From positions 97,652,001-97,716,000 of the forward strand of contig NC_086108.1 in assembly GCF_963921235.1 (NCBI RefSeq): a DNA stretch of 64,000 nt. Reading direction: 5' to 3'. Positions 12,271 through 25,351 of the stretch are shown here, piece after piece. Numbering within the stretch: the first letter of the stretch is position 1; the number at the start of each line of letters is the position of its first letter. Source of the DNA: Mobula hypostoma (taxonomy: Eukaryota). The notes under the pieces are model-generated. The model made no database searches. It worked only from the letters and a program-made list of their open reading frames with translations, and was not told the DNA's origin. The position numbers were made by a program, and so were the translations under genes.

Positions 12271-12580
12271 CCTATGGTGTGGGAGTCTTGGACCAGAGGG
12301 CATAGCTTCACAATAGAGGGACAGAGATGAGGAGGAATTTCTTTCAGCCAGATGGTGATGAACCTTTGGAATTCATTGCCATGGACGACTGTGGAGGCCA
12401 AGTTCTTAGAACATATTTAAAGGAGATGTTGGTAGCTTCTTGATTAGTCAAGGCATCAATGGCCACAGGTAGAAGGCGGGAGAATGGGGTTGAGAGGTAA
12501 TAAATCAACCATGATGGAATGACGGAGCAGACTTGATGGGCCAAATGGCCTAATTCTGTTCCTGTCTTACAGTCTTATGA
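12270..12580 (+). mobile_element. CR1 3' end fragment
   Basis: EMRRNFF..VMNLWNSLP motif and 3' tail (tgggccaaatggcctaattctg...tcttatga). Confidence 0.75.
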
Positions 12581-13264
12581 TTAGAGTAAAGTATAGTGGG
12601 GATGTCAGAGGTGGGTTTTCTTCACAGACTGTAATAGCCAGTGTTTAGCCACCTCGATAGCATTAAATGATCTGCTGCATACAGATGTCCAGGCATTATT
12701 GATACAGGTCCTCTCCAGGTTACAAACACCCAATTTACGTACAGCCCATATACGAAGATGGGTTTGGAAGACCAGCAGGAGGGATTGCCCGGCTGGTGTG
12801 GGTGGGGCATCTGCTGCCATGGGGGAAATTGGTTCACGGCCTCATCTCTGACTTGTAAACGATTCAGGTAATGAATATTGTTCACAGGAATGGAACCCTC
12901 TGTAATCTGGGGAGGACCTGCTGATAGGGAAGGGTGACCCTGTCGATTTGCCATACTGCTGGCTGGCTCCGTGGTTGAGACTTACCAGGTGTGATCACAG
13001 TACTCCAAGTAGGATCTAACCAGTGTTTTATAGATTGGCAACATCACCTCATGGCTTACCTGAATGACCACTTAATTATGAACAGACTCACGCATACCAG
13101 GTTGTTCCTTAACATACTTGAGACTCCCATATGTTTCACGCCTCTGTCTGATTGGTTGCATATTGCGCTACTGAGTGAAATCCTAACAGATAATTCAAGC
13201 CAGAACTGCAGCACATCTTTTGTTTTCAGTGAATTTACAGTATTTTAGTCTTATTTATTTTTAC

Positions 13265-13470
13265 GACGCAGAGTAGGCCCTTCTGGCCCAACGAGCTTTA
13301 CTGCCCAGCAACCCAGCTCCTTAATCCTAGCCTGATCATGGGACAATTTTCAATGAGCAATTAACCTACTAACAGGTATGTCTTTAGACTGTGGGAGGAA
13401 ACCAGAGGAAATCCACGTGGTCACGGGGAGAACGTACAAACTCCTTACAGAGGATGCCAGAATTGAAATT
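13265..13470 (-). mobile_element. V-SINE/HE1-like SINE fragment
   Basis: Reverse complement of the tgtaaggagtttgtacgttctccccgtgacc...ggtttcctcccacagtctaaagac domain, shared with 60640-60858. Confidence 0.65.
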
Positions 13471-14479
13471 GGCTTGTGATTTTTTTCATTTTAAGTCTTC
13501 CTTATCATTAGGGGATACACGTAATAGGGAGACTCTGTCATCCTGTCATGTTCAGTGGGCAAGGAGAGAGCAGCTCTGGAACTGTAAAGGCAGAAATATT
13601 GACAAGCAAGTAATCAGAAGGCAGCATCTGCTGGACACCAAGCAGACTTCTTTGCTCTGTTTGAAAGATTTCCCCATCTCCCTACAGCTGAAGTTGCAAC
13701 GGTGATCCAAATTAACCAGAAGAATAAATCCACATGATACTGGCTTTGATATCTCATTAGCAGCTGGATTTGCTCTATGTGCACACCTGATGTGTCGGGC
13801 CATCAGGATAACTGGTGTCCTCTCCTGGAATTCTGGGAGGGTGAGGGGTTCGCCAATGACTACATTTGGAAATTCCTAAATAGTTTCACAGATGTACTGT
13901 AATCTACTTCTGGCCACTTAAGAGGGTGATGAAGTTGAAATCTCTTTAGCTCTTTAATGACTCCTTCTGTGCATAAGAAATTAATTAATATTCCTATGAG
14001 TGCTTACAGCACAGCCTCATTAATCAATAAGCACTTGTTCCTCCCCACAATAACAATTACCATGCTAGATAATTAATTTCTTTTATTTGACTTTCTACCT
14101 GAGCTCCCACAGCTTAAGTTGCTTGACATAAGGTCTCTTATTTAGTTAAGAGGTCTCTTTTTCTCCATATAACATTCTCTCTCTGGTATTATATATAGTA
14201 CCAGTTTTTCTTTGCATGAGTAGCATCTTACCCTCTGTGTCCCCATTTTTTTTTTACTGAACCTTCTCATTAATTGTGCATGAAACTGTCAGTTGAAAAT
14301 TAGAACTCATGTTAATAGCTTAAGTACATTTTTAACAGCTTTACAATTGTTCATGCATTGCTTATGAGGTAAGGGATCAATTCAACTGCTAAATCTTATT
14401 CCTACATGTAACACATTCAAAGGATTTTTTTAATTCTAAAATTCAATACTCTTCATGTGGAGTATGTGGGTGTTTCTTT

Positions 14480-14935
14480 AAGAGGGTCAATTGAGGATGA
14501 TTTTCTGGGCTTGTACATGCTGGGGTTTAGAAGAATGAGGAGGCTCTGAATGAAACTATTGAATATTAAAAGGATTAAAGAGAGTGGACATGGACATGGA
14601 CTTAAAGATGATGCTTCCTATAGTGGGGAAGTCCAACGCCAGAGTGCACTGCCTTAGAATAGAAGGGTGCCCCTTGACAGTAATGAGGAGGAATTTCTTT
14701 AGACAGAGGGTTGAAAATCTGTGGAATTCATTGCCGCAGACGGCTGTGGAGGCCAAGTCATTGGGTATATTTAAAGTGGAAGTTGACAAGTTTGTGATTA
14801 GTAAGGGCATCATAGGACACAGGGAGAAGGCAGGAAAATGGGGTTGAGAGCAATATAAATTAGCCAAGATGGAATGGTGGAGCAGACTCAATGGGCTGAT
14901 TGGCCTAATTCTACTCCTATGTTTTATGATCTTAT
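14480..14935 (+). mobile_element. CR1 3' end fragment
   Basis: ORF 14584-14847 (PIVGKS.ARVH.LRIEG, MRRNFF.QRV.NLWNSLPQ) plus tail. Confidence 0.8.
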
Positions 14936-15089
14936 CCTTCTTGTATAGTGTATGTAACGAGCGGTTTTTGTTTTCTGTAGACTGGATAAATCACCTGCTG
15001 GCTTGGTAAAGTTAACCTGTGCTTTGGTTCATAGTTGATTTATACAGTAAATAAATAGTCTGATTTAGAATGGTCGGTCCAGGCATTTG

Positions 15090-15470
15090 TTTTGCTACAC
15101 TCCCGATATATCCATTTCCACCCAACCACATACCATCCCCTAATGCCATGTTTCCTTCCCCTCTTCCACCCACTCCATCAGCTCATCAGCCCATCCTGCC
15201 ACTGGATCTCCCCATGATTCCCATCTGCTTACTCCCCTCTCTTATTTGGTTCTGTACTCCACCTTCCTCCCCTATCAGATTCCATCAGCTGCAGCCCTTC
15301 ACTTCCTTCCACCTATCACTTGCCAGCTATTTCCCCACCCTCCCCTCCTCTCCTCTCTTTATACTGTCTTTTCCCTTCCTTCCCCCTGTCCACGTGAAGA
15401 GGAAGTATCATCTGTCCATTTCCTTTCACAGATGCTGCCCTGATGTGCTGAATTCCTCCAGCAGTTTACT
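15090..15470 (+). mobile_element. Old PLE pyrimidine-rich 3' fragment
   Basis: cctatcagattccatc..., cagatgctgcc...gctgaattcctccagca shared with other PLE ends in the window. Confidence 0.55.
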
Positions 15471-15479
15471 GTTTAGCTG

Positions 15480-15797
15480 TTGGGGAAGTCTAGAATGAGG
15501 GGTCACAGTTTGAGGATAAAGGGGAAGCCTTTTAGGACCGAGATGAGGAAAAACTTCTTCACACAGGGAGTGGTGAATCTGTGGAATTCTCTGCCACAGG
15601 AAACAGTTGAGGCCAGTTCATTGGCTATATCTAAGAGGGAGTTCGATATGGCCCTTGTGGCTAAAGGGATCAGGGGGTATGGAGGGAAGGCTGGTGCAGG
15701 GTTCTGAGTTGGATGATCAGCCATGATCATACTGAATGGCGGTGCAGGCTCGAAGGGCCGAATGGCCTACTCCTGCACCTATTTTCTGTGTTTCTAG
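15480..15797 (+). mobile_element. Young CR1 3' end; near-identical copy at 49135-49427 (-)
   Basis: GKSRMRGHSLRIKGKPFRTEMRKNFFTQ.VVNLWNSLPQETVEASSL, with the 3' hairpin and tail intact. Confidence 0.85.
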
Positions 15798-16937
15798 GTT
15801 CTGCCTTGTTTCTCTCCTTTTTCATTCCTTAAATCTAATCCTTCACCATCGTCCCCTGCCTCCATTGAGCCTAATTCACACACTCTTCACATTCCTCCAC
15901 CATTGTTACTTTCTGAATGCCCAACCTTCCTTTTAATAAAACATTAACTCACTGTTTCAGAGTCAGAATCAGGTTTAATATCATGGAATTTGTTGTTTTG
16001 CAACAGAGTGCAATACGTAAACTAGAAATTACAATAAGAAGTATGTATAAAAATGAATTAACTAAGTAGTGCAAAGACGAGAGTAAAATGGTGAGGTGGT
16101 GTTCGTGGGTTGATTCATCGTCTGTTCAGAAATATAATGGCAGAGGGGAAGAAGCTGTTCCCAAAATGCTCTGTCTCTCTCCAGGCTCCTGTACATCCTC
16201 TTTGATGGTACTAATAAGAGGACTTGTGCTGGGTGACAGGGTGATGACGGATGCACCTTGTTGAGGTGTTAATTTTTGAAAAGTTTCACAATCTCTTACT
16301 TTTCTCTTTGATTTTACTTATTAATTTTTTTTTAACATGGTCAGTTTTTAATTATCTTTTTTCCATTCATTTCACTCCCACACTTCCTGTACTTTTCCAG
16401 GCTGCCAATGTCTGACAAAAGCTTCCCTTTTACATTGTCCTCTTGTGCATCCTGTCATCAGATTTAGCAACCCCACCCTTTTCCTTTGTGTTCACCTTGA
16501 AACTCTTCTTTAAAAGCCTCCCGTCGCTGTACAACTGACCTAACTTCATGAACCTGCTTCAGGTCCACTTTGGCGATATCACTTCTCAGTTAAGTAAACA
16601 CACCTTCACCCCCAACTTAGAATCTTCATTCTTGCTTGGTAACATTTCTCAAATCTATACTAAATCTAAATGAATTAAAATGTCTCCCACGCAAGTGCTC
16701 TCCTCTTGGTACTTCACGGATTTGTCCAGCTTCAATCCCTGATACTAAACACAAACTTGCTCCTTCCCTTTTTGGACTTTCCACATGTGGTTAATTAAAT
16801 TTGATCATACGTTTTTAAAATACATGTTATTGGTGATGTCAATGGATAAAACACAGTGTGGTGTCTTCTACAACTGAATATATTTATTCATTTTCAGTTA
16901 AGTGGATCTTAATGTTACAGTAATGTCTGAGTATCTA

Positions 16938-17444
16938 CAGTACTGTGCAAAAGCCATAGCACATATATAGCTAGGGTCCCTCAGACTTTTGCAGAGTACT
17001 GTATTTGTCAACGTGGATTGGACAACGAGTTTGTAAATCTGGCAGCAGAGGATGATGGGAATAGTGAAGGTGGAGCACCGTGGGAGGGGTGTGGGACGGG
17101 TGGCAGAGGAGGAGTGCCAGGGACAGGGGTGGCACAGGTGCAGACACACCCAGCCCTGAGACACCCGGCAAAGTCATTTGATTCCAAACAATTGGTTTGT
17201 TTTCTCAGCTGCTTCCCACTCCCTCTCCTCTTCCTTTGCCCTTTCCAAACCATGATTCCTCTCTCCTTGCCCTCTTTGCGCTCTCAGTCCACAGTAGATA
17301 CCCATATCAGAATCAGGTTTATCATTATTCACACTTGTCATGAAATTTGTTTTTTTTTGCAGCAGTACAGTGCAATACATAACATTGCTGTATTATTGTG
17401 CATGTGCTAAATGTGTATGTGCCCCAGACTTTTGCACGGTACTG
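16938..17444. mobile_element. Tc1/mariner-type non-autonomous element (TA-flanked, TIR cagtactgtgcaaaag)
   Basis: ta|cagtactgtgcaaaag at 16938 and cttttgcacggtactg|ta at 17444, plus an internal TIR copy near 16990-17001. Confidence 0.65.
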
Positions 17445-18560
17445 TACATAAACCAGTTATCATGTTATTTCTATGTGATTTACTTAGTTTTTTCTGAAAA
17501 AAAAACAGCAGCTGACAGGACGTTAGTGATGGCCTAAGTGCAAACAGAGAGACAGAAACACAGAGCAGTTCATAGAGTTTTAGTAAGAACCGTACAGAAC
17601 AGGGCCAGTCAGTAAAACACTCAGACTGAAGACAACACTGTCACTGTGGCTAAGGAGCAGTAACATAATACTAAATTAATACCACTCCTTTACAGGGTCA
17701 ATCTAAATTATTAATCTTCCTTCTCAGAATGTGGACTAAGGTAAGCAGGGAGTGTTGCTGTCACTGTACTTTGGTCAAGACCTGACAAGACAGAAACGAA
17801 AGGAAGGAAGTTAAATACAATTACTGAGAAACCCAAATTGGCTGGAGAGTGCACTCTCACATTTGTGATTGCCAACTTCTACCAGCTGCCCACCTACGAG
17901 AGCACCTGGATTCCACGGTTGTGACAGCAGCTTTATAGAGTCATAAAGTCATAGAACATTACAGCACAAAAACAAGCCCTTTGGCACATCCAGTCTGTGC
18001 TGGACTATTCTAGACTTATTGACCTGCACCCTGACTATCGTTCTTCATATCCCTCCCATCCATGTACCTATCCAAGTTTCTCTTAAATGTTGAAATTAAA
18101 CCTGCATCCACTGTTTCCGCTGGCAGCTCATTCCACACTCTGAGTAAAGAAGTTCCCCTCATGTTCCCCTTAAACATTTCACCTTTCAACCTTAACTCAT
18201 GATCTCTAGTTCTAATCTCACCTAACCTCAGTGGAAAAAGCCTACTTGTTTTTACCCTATGTATACTCTTCATAATTTTGTACACCTCTATCAAATCTCC
18301 CCTCATTCTCCTACGCTCCAAGGAATAGGGTACTAACCCATTCAACTTTTCTCTCCAGTCCAGGCAACATCCTCATAAATTTTCTCTACAATCTTTGAAT
18401 TTTATTTACATCTTTCTTTTAGGCAGGTGACCAAAACTACACACAATACTCCAAATTAGCCTCACCAGCATCATATACAACCTCAACATAACATCTCAAC
18501 TCCTGTACTTAAAAAGGCCAAAATGTGTCAAAAAGCTTTCTTTATGATGCTATCTACCTA

Positions 18561-20370
18561 TTATCCATACTATCATTTGTCATTAACAGTTACATACTTA
18601 CAGATTCTGGTTGCTACATTAAACCCAACCATCTTCATCAGGCACAAGTTAAGCAAATGACAAGTCCCCCTAGAGACACCTCCTTATGTACCCTCTTAGG
18701 TGAGCAGGGCATAATGCTCGATCCTGATGGGTTGGATCTGAATTGCCTATTCCCGATTGGTTAGTTTGAATTGGCCAAAAATACAAAAAGCATGGTATAC
18801 TATTAAGACCAATTGTGAATTGCACAGGAACAACAACATACTCACTTGCCAAGTACTTAGTTGGGTGTGTTAAATCCATTGTAGAGTGGCATTGCATCAA
18901 ATATGGCCAACAGTAGAAGCTTTGTGGAAAAGACCTTCAAGTTGATCCACCAAGTGCACTTGGTGAGCTTTGATGGAGTTAACTTATTCACCAGTGTGGC
19001 AATGGACCAGGCAATGGTATACTTGAGAGAGGGAATGAATGAAAATGTTTCATAGGAAGAAAATACATTGTTGAATTTTGACCAAATCTTGAAGTTGACT
19101 ACATTTTATGTTTCTTGCACAGTTTTCCAGTTTGGTGAAAATTACTACAATCAGAAGGATGGAATCTCCTCTGTCTCCTTTACTGTGCAATTTATTCATG
19201 GGCAGCCTTGAAACAAAAGCCTTGGTTACAACAGCTGAAGAGCCAGAGGTATGGCTGTGCTATGTGGATGACTCAATTATCCTGTAGAAACATGATCAGG
19301 ATGTATTAGAGGCATTTTTAATACATTTCAACAGTCAGAACAAGACTGTACAGTTTACCATGGAGGTAGAAATTGAGGATACTTTGCCATTTTTCAGATG
19401 TTATGGGAAAGTGGATGGTAGACAAACTGGAGTTAGTGTTTACAGGAAGAAGACTCACACAGACCAGTACCTGAATTTCCAGTAAAATCATCCAAAGAAG
19501 ACAATACTTGGCATTGTTTGAGGCATGACACTAAGAGCAAATACCTTGTGCACAACTAAAGGACAAGTACAAGAAGATCAGAGAAGCATTGAAGAAAAAT
19601 GGCTTCCAAATGCACATAATTGAGAATGAAATAGAGTACAAAACAACATCACAACAGATACAACCTCCAGATGGAATGGCTATTGTGCTATACAGTAGCA
19701 GCTTAACTGAAAAGCTAAGACAAATTTGCCAATACTAGTCAATAGCAAAAAGTAAGGACACAATTAGACAAAGACAAAGCAAAGGGGAACCTGGAAGACC
19801 AAAAGAACTGTGTCAGGGAGTTGTGTATTCATTTGAAGACCAGGATAGCAGAACGTAACAGTGCCTTTAAAAACTTGAGAACAGAAGAGGTGGGATTGCT
19901 GAACACTGCCAATCATGCTCATGTAGACCAAGGTTTGATGAGGCTAATATCTTTGGCAAGGAAGAGAATGCCTACAAGAGAAAGATTAGGGAATCACTAG
20001 AGACGGAGCACTTGGGGGACCTAAATGTAGGTTCTGAGTGAGATGAGATAGCTCTAGTCTGGGACCATACATTCCTGAAGAGGGTTTGGACTAAAAAATC
20101 GACCAACCAGTGCAAGACCAATGAAAAACTAACCAATCAGGAATAGGCACTTCAGATCCAGTCAATCAGGATCAAGCATTAAGCTCTATCCATGGCCTGC
20201 TCACTCAAGAGGATATATAAGGAAGTGTCTGTAGCGGAACTTGTCACTTGACTAACTTTTGCCTGAGGAAGATGGTCAGGTTTACTGTTGAAATGTTGCA
20301 ATCAGTATCTGTAAGTAGATAGCCGTTAAGGTCAAAGGTTAGTATAGATAAATTTGATAACCTGTCAGTC
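18561..20370 (+). mobile_element. 5'-truncated Penelope-like retroelement (RT + GIY-YIG remnant) with inverted pseudo-LTRs
   Basis: From 18772: PKIQKHGILLRPIVNCTGTTTYSLAKYL, LVSFD..NLFTSV, YYNQKDG, SPLSPLLCNLFM, WLCYVDD, YRKKTHTDQYLNF, LKTRIAE, IAEHC, KRKIRESLE. 18561-18767 is the diverged reverse complement of 20126-20351. Confidence 0.9.
20259..20301 (+). ncRNA. Hammerhead ribozyme motif in Penelope pseudo-LTR (CpG-decayed)
   Basis: ttgc-CTGAGGA-a-gatggt(caggttt)actgtt-GAAAT-GTT-gcaa; stem I ttgc/gcaa; stem II weakened by transitions. Confidence 0.6.
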
Positions 20371-20574
20371 CTACCCAACTGTGACACCACTTTTAAGGAA
20401 TTATGGATCTGTATTCTCAGATCCCTCTGTTCTACCACACCCTGTAGTGCCCTCCCACTCACCCTGGTTTGTCCTCCCAAAATGTAATACCTCTCACTTG
20501 TCTGCATTAAGCTCTATTTGCCACTTTCCTGACAGTTTTTCCACCTGGTCCAGGTCCTGTTGCAAACTTTATTA

Positions 20575-22205
20575 GAATCAGAACCAGGTTTGATATCACT
20601 GGCATATGTTGTGAGATTTATTGTTTTCCAATAAAGTGCAATAGATAACAGAAAAACTATAAATTACAATATGAAAATATTCTAAAAAATTAAATTATAT
20701 ATATGGTGCAAAGAGGGCAAAAATAGAAAAAATCTCAAGGTAGTGTACAAGGGCTCATTGTCCATTCCGAAATCTGATGGTGGAGGGAAAGAAGCTGTTC
20801 TTAAATATTTAAGTGTGTCTCTTCTGGCTCCTGTACCACCACCTTGAAGGTAGCAATAAGAGTTCCCCTGGATGATGGGGGTCCATAATGAAGGATGCAG
20901 CCTTTCTGAGGTATCGCTTTTTGAAGATGTCCTCGATGCTTGTGAGGCTGGTGCCCATGATGGAGCTGGCTGAGTTTGCAACTTTCTGCAGCTTTTTTCA
21001 ATCCTGTGCAGTTGCTCCTCCATACCAGATGTTGATGCAACCAGTTAGAAACCTCTCCATGATACATCTGTAGAAATTTGAGAGTTTTTGGTGACTTACC
21101 TAGTCTCCTCAAACACCAAATGAAATATAATCATTATTGTGCCCTCTTTGTAATTCTGGTAATATGTTGGGCCCAAGATAGATCTTCAGCAATGTTATAG
21201 TCATAGTCATTGTCATAGACTTACTTTATTAATCCCGAGGGAAACTCGGTTTTGTTACAGTTGCACCAACCAAGAATAGAGTATAGATATAGCAATATAA
21301 AAACTATAAATAATTAAATAATAATATGTAAATTATGCCAGGAAATAAGTCCAGGACCAGCCTATTGGCTCAGGGTGTCTGACCCTCCAGGGGAGGAGTT
21401 GTAAAGTTTGACGGCCACAGGCAGGAATGACTTCCTATGACGCTCAGTGTTGCATCTCAGTGGAATGAGTCTCTGGCTGAATGTACTCCTGTGCCCAACC
21501 AGTACATTATGTAGTGGATGGGAGACATTGTCCAAGATGGCACGCAACTTAGACAGCATCCTCTTTTCAGACACCACCGTCAGAGAGTCCAGTTCCATCC
21601 CCACAACATCACTGGCCTTACGAATGTGTTTGTTGATTCCACTGGTGTCTGCTACCCTCAGCCTGCTGCCCCAGCACACAACAGCAAACATGATAGCACT
21701 GGCCACCACAGACTCGTAGAACATCCTCAGCATCGTCTGACAGTTATCACCCAGGAACTTGAAACTGCTAATGCCTCGATGAGGACTGGTGTGTGTTCTC
21801 TCCACTTCCTCTTCCTGAAGTCCACAATCATTTCCTTGGTCTTACTGTTGTTGAGTGTAAGTGTTTTTTTTGTTGCAACACCACTCAACCAGCTGATCGA
21901 TCTCACTCCTGTACACATCCTTGTCACCATCTGAAATTCTGCCAGCAACAGTTGTACCTAGCCACGTATTCATGGGTGTAAAGAGAGTAGGGCAGTGAGC
22001 TAAGCACAAGTCCTTGAGGTTGGCCTGTGCTGATTGTCAGTGAGGAGACATCACTGACTGTGGTCTCCTAATGAGGTGGTCAAGGATCCAGCTGCAGAGG
22101 AAGGTACAGAAGCCCAGGTTTTGTTGCTTGTTAATTAGTACTGAGGGTATAATGGTGTTGAACACTGAGCTGTAATCAATAAGCAGCAGCCTGATATAGG
22201 TATTC
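20575..22205 (-). mobile_element. Old Rex1/Babar-type LINE 3' part with a nested younger copy
   Basis: [26 protein letters not shown] and downstream motifs in ORFs 22037-22246, 21727-21948 and 20682-21112. Confidence 0.75.
21196..21738 (-). mobile_element. Young Rex1-type LINE 3' end, (ATGACT)n tail
   Basis: MLRMFYESVVASAIMFAVVCWGS...SFLPVAVKLYNSS; tail atagtcatagtcat on the + strand at about 21197-21218. Confidence 0.85.
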
Positions 22206-22229
22206 CTCACTGTCCACGACACCCCCAAT

Positions 22230-23110
22230 CTTGGTGCCATCCTCAAATTTGCTGATCCATTTTACCACATTGTCATTCAAATCACTAATATAGATGACAA
22301 CCAACAATGAACCCAGCACTGATCCCTGCAGCACATACTACTCACAGGCCTCCAGTCAAAGAGGCAGACATCTACTATCACTCTGTCTCGTGAAGTCAAT
22401 GTTGAATCTAATATACTTCCTCACCTTGAATGTCAAGCAACTGTACACTCTTGACCAATCTCCGATACGGGACCTTGTCAAAGGCCTTGCTGAAGTCCAT
22501 GTGGACAACATCTGCTGCCTTTCCATCTTCAATTTTCCTGGTAACTTCCTCAAAAGACTCTAAGACTTGTTAGAAATGGCCTACCACACACAAAGCCATG
22601 TTGACTATTCCTAATTAACCCCTGTCTATCCAAATAGTTGTATATCTGGTCCTTTAGAATACCTTCCAATAATTTACCCACTACTGATATCAGGCTCACC
22701 AGGCTATAATTTTCTGACTTATTCTTAGAGCCTTATTAAACCATAAAACATCATTAGCTCTCCTCAAATCCTCTAGCAGCTGACCTGTGGTAAAGGATGA
22801 TTTAAATATCTCTGCAAGGGCCCTTGAAATTTCTGCACTAGTCTCCCACAGGGTCCGAGGGACCACACTGTCAACCCCTGGGGAGTTATCCAGCTTAACT
22901 TGCCTCCAGACAGTAACCACCTTGTCCTCTGTAATCAGTATAACCTCTGTGCTCTGTTGAATCACTTCTATAGATTCTGTGTCCATCTCCCAAGTAAATA
23001 CGGATGCAAAAAATCCATTTAGATCTTTGCATTGAGGACCACACTGATCTTCAAGAGGACCAGTTTTGTCCTTTGCCTGCTTTTGCTCTTAATATATCTG
23101 CAGAAGCCCT
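22230..23110 (-). mobile_element. CR1 ORF2 fragment, degenerate
   Basis: DNSPGVD.V.PRTLWE...EI..ALAEIFKSS, VHMDFSKAFDKVP and SKFED motifs. Confidence 0.8.
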
Positions 23111-23184
23111 TTATATTGAAGGACCCAGTGTCTCAAAGCCTGCATTATTATAGGTAACATATTAAAACATAATGCATGAACATT

Positions 23185-23625
23185 GACTTCTGTAACTTAC
23201 AGCAATTTCTGCAACATCCCCCTTCTCTCTTTTTCCATTTCCCATTCTGGCCTGCCTCTTACCCCTTCTTTTCTCTTCACCTGCCCCTCACCTCCCTCTG
23301 ATGCTCTTCCTCATTCCCTTTCTCCTGTGGTCCACTCTCTTCTATTAGATTCCTTCTTCTTCAGTCCTTTACCTCTTCCACCTATCAGCTTCCAACTTCT
23401 TACTTCATCTCCCTCTCTTCCCCACCCACCCACCTTCCCCCTCACCCAGTTTCACTTACCACCTGCAGCTTGTACCCTTCGCCTTCTCCCACCTTCTTAT
23501 TCTGGCTTCTTCCCTCCTTTCTTTCCAATCTTGATGAAGGGTCTCAGCCCGAAACATCAACTCTTCATTCCTTTCCATAAACGCTGCCTGACCTGCTGAG
23601 TTCCTCCAGTGTTTTGCGTGTGTTC
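23185..23625 (+). mobile_element. PLE 3' fragment with decayed hammerhead
   Basis: Pyrimidine-rich tract, then aatcTTGATGAagggtctcagcccGAAACATCaact (about 23527-23562) and gctgcctgacctgctgagttcctccag. Confidence 0.7.
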
Positions 23626-23654
23626 CTATTCAAACAGTTTAGATGCTGCTCCAG

Positions 23655-24911
23655 CCTATGGTCAGGCCACACTGAGATCCCCTCCAGTTCGCCTACCAGC
23701 CCGGACTAGGAGTTCAGGATGCCATCGTCTACCTGCTGAACTGTGTCTATGCCCACCTGGACAAGCCAGCGAGCACTGTGAGGGTCATGGTTTTTGACTT
23801 CTCCAGTGTGTTCAACACCATCCGCCCTGCTCTGCTGGGGGAGAAGCTGACAGCGATGCAGGTGGATGCTTTCCTGGTGTCATGGATTCTTGATTACCTG
23901 ACTGGCAGACCACAGTACGTGTGATTGCAACACTGTGTGTCCGACAGAGTGATCAGCAGCACTGGGGCTCCACAGGGGACTGTCTTGTCTCCCTTTCTCT
24001 TCACCATTTACACCTCGGACTTCAACTACTGCACAGAGTCTTGTCATCTTCAGAAGTTTTCTGATGACTCTGCCATAGTTAGCTGCATCAGCATGGGAGA
24101 TAAGGCTGAGTACAGGGCTACAGTAGGAAACTTTGTCACATGATGTGAGCAGAATTATCTGCAGCTTAATGTGAAAAAGACTAAGGAGCTGGTGGTAGAC
24201 CTGAGGAGAGCTAAGGTACCGGCGACCTGTTTCCATCCAGGGGGTCAGTGTGGACATGGTGGAGGATTACAAATACCTGGGGATACGAATTGACAATAAA
24301 CTGGACTGGTCAAAGAACACTGAGGCTGTCTACAAGAAGGGTCAGAGCCATCTCTATTTCCTGAGGAGACTGAGGTCCTTTAACATCTACCGGACGATGC
24401 TGAGGATGTCCTACGAGTCTGTGGTGGCCAGTGCTATCATGTTGGCTGTTGTGTGCTGGGGCAGCAGGCTGAGGGTAGCAGACACCAACAGAATCAACAA
24501 ACTCATTCGTAAGGCCAGTGATGTTGTGGGGATGGAACTGGACTCTCTGACGGTGGTGTCTGAAAAGAGGATGCTGTCCAAGTTGCATGCCATCTTGAAC
24601 AATGTCTCCCATCCACTACATAATGTACTGGTTGGGCACAGGAGTACATTCAGCCAGAGACTCATTCCACTGAGATGCAACACTGAGCGTCATAGGAAGT
24701 CATTCCTGCCTGTGGCCGTCAAACTTTACAACTCCTCCCCTGGAGGGTCAGACACCCTGAGCCAATAGGCTGGTCCTGGACTTATTTCCTGGCATAATTT
24801 ACATATTACTATTTAACTATTTATGGTTTTATTACTATTTATTATTTATGGAGCAACTGTAACGAAAACCAATTTCCCCCAGGATCAATAAAGGATGACT
24901 ATGAGTATGAC
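23655..24911 (+). mobile_element. Young Rex1-type LINE, 5'-truncated
   Basis: [40 protein letters not shown] 24250-24768; tail atgactatgagtatgac. Confidence 0.9.
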
Positions 24912-25014
24912 ATTGGAAAGGTTAACCTTTATTTATACCTAGTGAATAATTATTGATGCTATTAACTGATTGAGTTTATGTTTCGGTAACAGTGCATTAT
25001 GTAAAGAAAGATAA

Positions 25015-25252
25015 ACGGTACCGCATCATTAAAGCCAGGACCAACAGGCTCTGGGACAGCTTCTTCCACCAGGCCATCAGACTGATTAATTCACGCTGAT
25101 ACAATTGTGTTTCTGTGCCATATTGACTGTCCTGTTGTACATACTATTTATTACGAATTACTATAAATTGCACATTTAGACAGAGACGTAACGTAAAGAT
25201 TTTTACTCATGTATGTGAAGGATGTAAATAATAATGTCAACTCAATTCAAAT
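25015..25252 (+). mobile_element. Rex1-type LINE extreme 3' end
   Basis: RYRIIKARTNRL.DSFFHQAIRLINSR* followed by a UTR and a (ttcaa)-like tail. Confidence 0.65.
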
Positions 25253-25351
25253 AATGATAAAGGTTTATTTTCATGTGTATGTTGTAGCATCGAAACATAC
25301 AGTGAAGTGAGTCATTTGTGTCAATGACCAACACAGTCCGAAGATGTACCG

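Larger units (their letters stand above)
17938..20570 (-). mobile_element. CR1 3' part (pieces 17938-18559 and 20371-20570) interrupted by a Penelope element
   Basis: ORF 18016-18345 (YSLERRRMRGDLIEVYKIM). CR1 sequence continues after 20370 (gtgacaccacttttaaggaattatggatctg). Confidence 0.85.
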
